Source: an uncultured Gemmatimonadaceae bacterium
GTDB lineage: Bacteria; Gemmatimonadota; Gemmatimonadetes; Gemmatimonadales; Gemmatimonadaceae
Direction: 5' to 3'
Length of the DNA stretch: 64,000 bases
Assembly: GCA_963781585.1 (NCBI GenBank)
Contig: CAWAGQ010000008.1
Coordinates: 352,001-416,000, forward strand
Positions 60,272-64,000 of this stretch are shown here, in pieces. Position numbers and translations under genes: made by a program. The number at the start of each line of letters is the position of its first letter. Position 1 is the first letter of the stretch. Below the pieces are notes generated by a model. It worked only from the letters and a program-made list of their open reading frames with translations, was not told the DNA's origin and ran no database searches.

Positions 60272-61045
60272 ATGCGACCGATTATCGGAGTCACCACCCA
60301 GACCCTCCACGCGATCGACGGCATTCCACCCGGGCTGCCGGCGTCGGTGGTGATGAATCAGCGATACTATGACGCGGTAGCCGACGCCGGCGGAGCGCCC
60401 ATCCTCATTCCACTGCTCGACGATGCCACTGAGGCGTTGCGCGGTGTGTACGACGTGTGCGACGGGATTGTCATCCCCGGGGGTGTGGACATGCACCCGG
60501 CCTGCTTCGGGGAAGCGCCGCACGAGCACCTCGGTCGCACGGACGAAGTCAGGGATCGCGTGGAGCTGCAGCTCACGCGGTGGGCCATCGACGACGGGAA
60601 ACCGCTGCTGGGACTGTGTCGGGGACTGCAGGTGATCAATGTGGCGCTCGGAGGCACGCTCTATCAGGATCTGGGAACAGAGCGCCCAGGCTCCATTCGC
60701 CACGACTACTTCCCGACCCACGGCTACGCGCGCGACTACCTGGCGCATGAGGTCGCGCTGCACGCGGGGACGCGGCTGTTCGATGCGATGGGTGGTGATC
60801 GAATCGCGGTGAACAGCATGCACCACCAGGGCATCAAGGACCTTTCTCCCACGCTCGTCACGGCGGCCACGGCGCCCGACGGACTGGTGGAGGGGGTGGA
60901 GGGCCCGGGCGATCAGTACCTGGTGGGCGTGCAGTGGCACCCCGAGGTGTTCGAGTCCGCCGACGTACACACACGGCGCCTGTTCGAGAGCTTCCTGGCA
61001 GCGGCCCGCAACTTTCGCGATCGGAGCGTCGCACGAACCGCGTAG
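60272..61045 (+). CDS. Gamma-glutamyl-gamma-aminobutyrate hydrolase family (peptidase C26)
   Basis: RPIIGVT, PGG.D, LGLCRGLQ, VNSMHHQG, GVQWHPE. Confidence 0.92.
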   Translation: MRPIIGVTTQTLHAIDGIPPGLPASVVMNQRYYDAVADAGGAPILIPLLDDATEALRGVYDVCDGIVIPGGVDMHPACFGEAPHEHLGRTDEVRDRVELQLTRWAIDDGKPLLGLCRGLQVINVALGGTLYQDLGTERPGSIRHDYFPTHGYARDYLAHEVALHAGTRLFDAMGGDRIAVNSMHHQGIKDLSPTLVTAATAPDGLVEGVEGPGDQYLVGVQWHPEVFESADVHTRRLFESFLAAARNFRDRSVARTA

Positions 61046-61159
61046 GGAGCGCGGTGCTGGTCGGGACGTTCGTGTTGACGCTGCCAGCGTCCCGCTCCCC
61101 GGCCTGGTCGAGGATACGGCGACGCAATCGCACGGTGATGATGGAGGCTGGGCCGGTGT

Positions 61160-62881
61160 CTACCTCGGCCGTCGCGTCCGGAGGGTCCGTGCCGAGATCT
61201 CGCCCTCCCCGAGCGTGATCTGCGTGATGTGCACCGTGCGATCGTTGGCACGCACCGTCTCCACCTCGATCGGGATTTTGGTGGGGACGTTGCAGAACAC
61301 CACGATGCCCTTGGCGTCGGTGCGTGATTGCTGCCCGGGGAACCTCACACTCGCGGGCTCCGACGCGGCCACGTCGGGAACCGTCCAGTGAACCCAGACC
61401 CCCATCGTATCGAGCGGCGCATTCCGGTCGGCGTCGATCAGCGTCAGATGCAGCGTGCCGTGTCCCCGGGCCGGTGTCCTGCCGTCACACAACCGTGCCG
61501 CAATTTCGGATGTAGTCGCCGCGTGGAGCGTGATACGCTGCGTTTCCCCCTCGTCGAGCGAGATCGTCTCGTCCGCCGCCGGCATGCCGAGCGCCGCGTA
61601 GGCCGGGTGTTCGGCGATGATCGTGTGACTCCCCGCGGGCAGGCTGTCCAGGCGGAAACGCCCCCCACTGTCCACCGCGGTGGTAAATGGCGTCCCCGCC
61701 AGGCGCACGGTGGCGCCGGTCATCGGCGCTCCGGTGCTGTCGACCACCACACCGGCGATGGTCGCCGGCTTCTCGAAGATCCGGATGCCCTCGGCGTAGA
61801 CGTCGCCGCCTTCCTCGATGAGACGGTAGATACCGGGGCGGATCAGGACGGTGGGCATGCGAGGATCGACTCCCACCGGCGCGTCGCTGTAGTGGGCGAA
61901 CTGTGGCATGCGAATGAACCACCGCCGCACGATCCAGGCACCGCTCTTGAGGCGGGCGAAATGCACCTCGCCTCCCACATGCGACGTGTCGCCTGACGTC
62001 TGGAGGCGCGTGTAGTGGAACTCCACCAGTCGCAGTTCGAAGGTCTTGGCATCGAGCCAGATGGTGCCGCGCACATCCGGGAGCTGGCGGGTCTTCACCG
62101 GTTCGAACGTGATGCCGACCATTCCACGCCGATCCCGGCCGCCGTTGACCGATGTATAGCAGTGATCGTGCAGGAAGGCGTCCGACCTGAGCACGTCGGC
62201 GTCTGGCGCATTGAAGATGGTGGAACCGTCCGGCATTTCGCGCCAGTAGCCCACCTTGGAGAGCGAGTCGCCGCTGATCCCCGAGAATCCCTTGTCCAGG
62301 ATGCCCTTCATGTCGGAGCGGCTTTCGCTGAGCACACGGAGATTGTGTGGATCCAGTTCGCGCACATAGCGCGAGATGCGGCCGTTGAAGAGCCGGTCGC
62401 GCAGCGAGATCTGGGTCGCGGTGAGCGCGGTATGGGCTTCGTCCCAGAGTGACGCGACGCGCTCGGCCTGGTTCGAGCGCGTGAGGCAGAGCGAGCTGGC
62501 CGCCGAAACGACGACTTCGGGCAGCGTGTACAGCACCGCATCGAGTTCGACGTCGATCCGTTGCGTCTCGCCGGAACTGAGGGTGAGGACTGGTGAGACG
62601 AAGCGGCGGACCCCGATGCGTTTCGCCGTCACGACGTACTGTCCGGGCCCGGGGGCTTTCACCGAATACTCACCTCGTTCGTTGGTGAGCACGGATGCCA
62701 GAAGGACCGGTGGTGCCTTGGAACCGGCAATCGGCGGGCGTTCCAGCGACACCAGCACTCCCGAGAGCGCCAGGGTGGAGGTGCGCTCGGTTACCGTGCC
62801 GCGCACGAGCTGGGCCGAAGCCGGTGCGGCCGGCGCGCAGAGCGCGAGGATGACGAGGAGTCTCGGCAACCGCTGGTTCAT
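61160..62881 (-). CDS. Exported protein with two carboxypeptidase-regulatory-like domains
   Basis: Signal ending ASAQ; VRGTV...T..RG.Y...PG.Y...KRIG; second IAGVVVDSTG.P..GATV...G.FRLDSLPAG. Confidence 0.8.
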   Translation of the reverse strand: MNQRLPRLLVILALCAPAAPASAQLVRGTVTERTSTLALSGVLVSLERPPIAGSKAPPVLLASVLTNERGEYSVKAPGPGQYVVTAKRIGVRRFVSPVLTLSSGETQRIDVELDAVLYTLPEVVVSAASSLCLTRSNQAERVASLWDEAHTALTATQISLRDRLFNGRISRYVRELDPHNLRVLSESRSDMKGILDKGFSGISGDSLSKVGYWREMPDGSTIFNAPDADVLRSDAFLHDHCYTSVNGGRDRRGMVGITFEPVKTRQLPDVRGTIWLDAKTFELRLVEFHYTRLQTSGDTSHVGGEVHFARLKSGAWIVRRWFIRMPQFAHYSDAPVGVDPRMPTVLIRPGIYRLIEEGGDVYAEGIRIFEKPATIAGVVVDSTGAPMTGATVRLAGTPFTTAVDSGGRFRLDSLPAGSHTIIAEHPAYAALGMPAADETISLDEGETQRITLHAATTSEIAARLCDGRTPARGHGTLHLTLIDADRNAPLDTMGVWVHWTVPDVAASEPASVRFPGQQSRTDAKGIVVFCNVPTKIPIEVETVRANDRTVHITQITLGEGEISARTLRTRRPR

Positions 62882-63260
62882 GAAATCCCGTCGGCCGGCG
62901 ATGAGGGTCACGACTTTCAGCGGCGGCGCGACGGCGCCGCACAGATCGGCCCATCGCCGCGTCCACATGGCTCCGCCGCGCACGCCAGCCAATGGGTCAC
63001 ACTGTCCCAAATGGCGGCGGACCGCAAGCAGCAAATCACTTCTTCATCGAGAATTCATCTTCGTGTAATCCGTTGCTCATGGCCCTCACCTGCCGGGTGA
63101 ACCATGACGGAAGCGCCGCGGACGCTTGTCTCTGCTCACCCCGGCTTCGGAGGGTACCATGCAGCTCCAGTGCGGCCCCGGCTCCTCCGGACGTGGTGCC
63201 CATCCAGCTCCCGGTCATCCCGGCGGTACATTGGGGTGAAATCCCTCAGCCATCGTGCCC

Positions 63261-64000
63261 ATGTTCACGCTCTCGCTTCGCGAATTCGAGGAAACGCGTG
63301 CGCGCATCGCGCCGCACATCTACCGGACACCGCTGCTCGGGTCGCGCCAGCTGAGTGAACTCTCGGGGTACGAGGTGCGTCTCAAGGCGGAGCTGTTCCA
63401 GCGTGTGGGGTCGTACAAGATCCGCGGCCCGCTCAACAAGTTCGCCCTCATGCCTGACGAGCAGAAGCGGCGGGGTGTGGTATGCTCGTCGGCGGGGAAC
63501 CACGCGCAGGGGGTGGCGCTGGCGGCGCGGATCCACGGCATTCGGGCCGTGGTCTGCATGGCGGAGAACGCCACGCCCTCGAAGATCGCGGCAACCCGTG
63601 GCTACGGCGCCGAGGTCGTGCTCCACGGCACCATCTGGGACGAGGCCAACGAGAAGGCCAGGGAACTGGTGCGCACCGAGGGTCTGACCTACGTCCACCC
63701 GTTCGACGACGAACAACTCATTGCCGGGCAGGGCACGCTGGGACTGGAGATCGTGCAGGACTGGCCGGAGGTAGACGTGGTGGTGGTGCCGATCGGCGGC
63801 GGTGGTCTCATCTCCGGCGTCTCGATGGCCGTGAAAGCCCGCAATCCCGGCGCGCGAGTGATCGGCGTGGAGTCGTCGGATGGACCAGCCATGAGGGAGA
63901 GCATCCGCGCGGGGAAACTCGTGACCATCGACTGCAACACGATCATCGACGGCCTGCGGGTGAAACGGGTGGGAGAGCTCAACTTCTCGGTGGTGCAGCG
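63261..64000 (+). CDS. Threonine/serine dehydratase (partial, runs off the window)
   Basis: Own translation from ATG 63261: RTPL, LKAELFQRVGSYKIRG, SAGNHAQG, HPFDD, GQGT, PIGGGGL. Confidence 0.92.
   Translation, partial: MFTLSLREFEETRARIAPHIYRTPLLGSRQLSELSGYEVRLKAELFQRVGSYKIRGPLNKFALMPDEQKRRGVVCSSAGNHAQGVALAARIHGIRAVVCMAENATPSKIAATRGYGAEVVLHGTIWDEANEKARELVRTEGLTYVHPFDDEQLIAGQGTLGLEIVQDWPEVDVVVVPIGGGGLISGVSMAVKARNPGARVIGVESSDGPAMRESIRAGKLVTIDCNTIIDGLRVKRVGELNFSVVQ

Noticed and set aside
282..63982. Numerous long antisense and alternate-frame ORFs (e.g. 22025-23518, 44552-45994, 52715-54238)
   Set aside because: Arg/Pro/Ala-rich shadows of real genes typical of high-GC DNA, with no motifs

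Overview
GC-rich (roughly two-thirds GC by eye) bacterial chromosomal window of mostly housekeeping and envelope genes. Gene content and style suggest Gemmatimonadota (inference only). I saw no CRISPR array, rRNA, prophage, transposase or integrase. In order: SPOR-domain gene end, mutS, TonB-C protein, cystathionine beta-synthase, ddl, a QueE-like protein lacking its Fe-S cysteines, rhomboid, queF, tRNA-Phe, pncB-like gene with a decayed pncA, aminotransferase, sahR-ahcY, a minus-strand bTHX/LOG/pnuC/NadR-kinase block, a wecB-YaiO-membrane protein-GT2 synthase-beta-helix polysaccharide operon followed by a PEP-CTERM gene, Fpg/Nei glycosylase, peptidases, ABC1 kinase, NamZ, a standalone AP2-like basic protein, AlaX, and actP. 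Then comes a long co-directional run where alpha-glucan genes (glgP, glgA, two GH57) lead directly into two esterases, three different amide-bond ligases and a gamma-glutamyl hydrolase. Best leads: (1) that glucan plus triple-ligase operon, whose product is unknown; (2) a dispersed, strongly over-represented non-palindromic octamer GCCTAACG/CGTTAGGC (16 exact copies counted by eye) that forces rare Leu codons; (3) the cluster-less QueE near an insertion-bearing QueF; (4) the WecB/YaiO/GT2 exopolysaccharide system.
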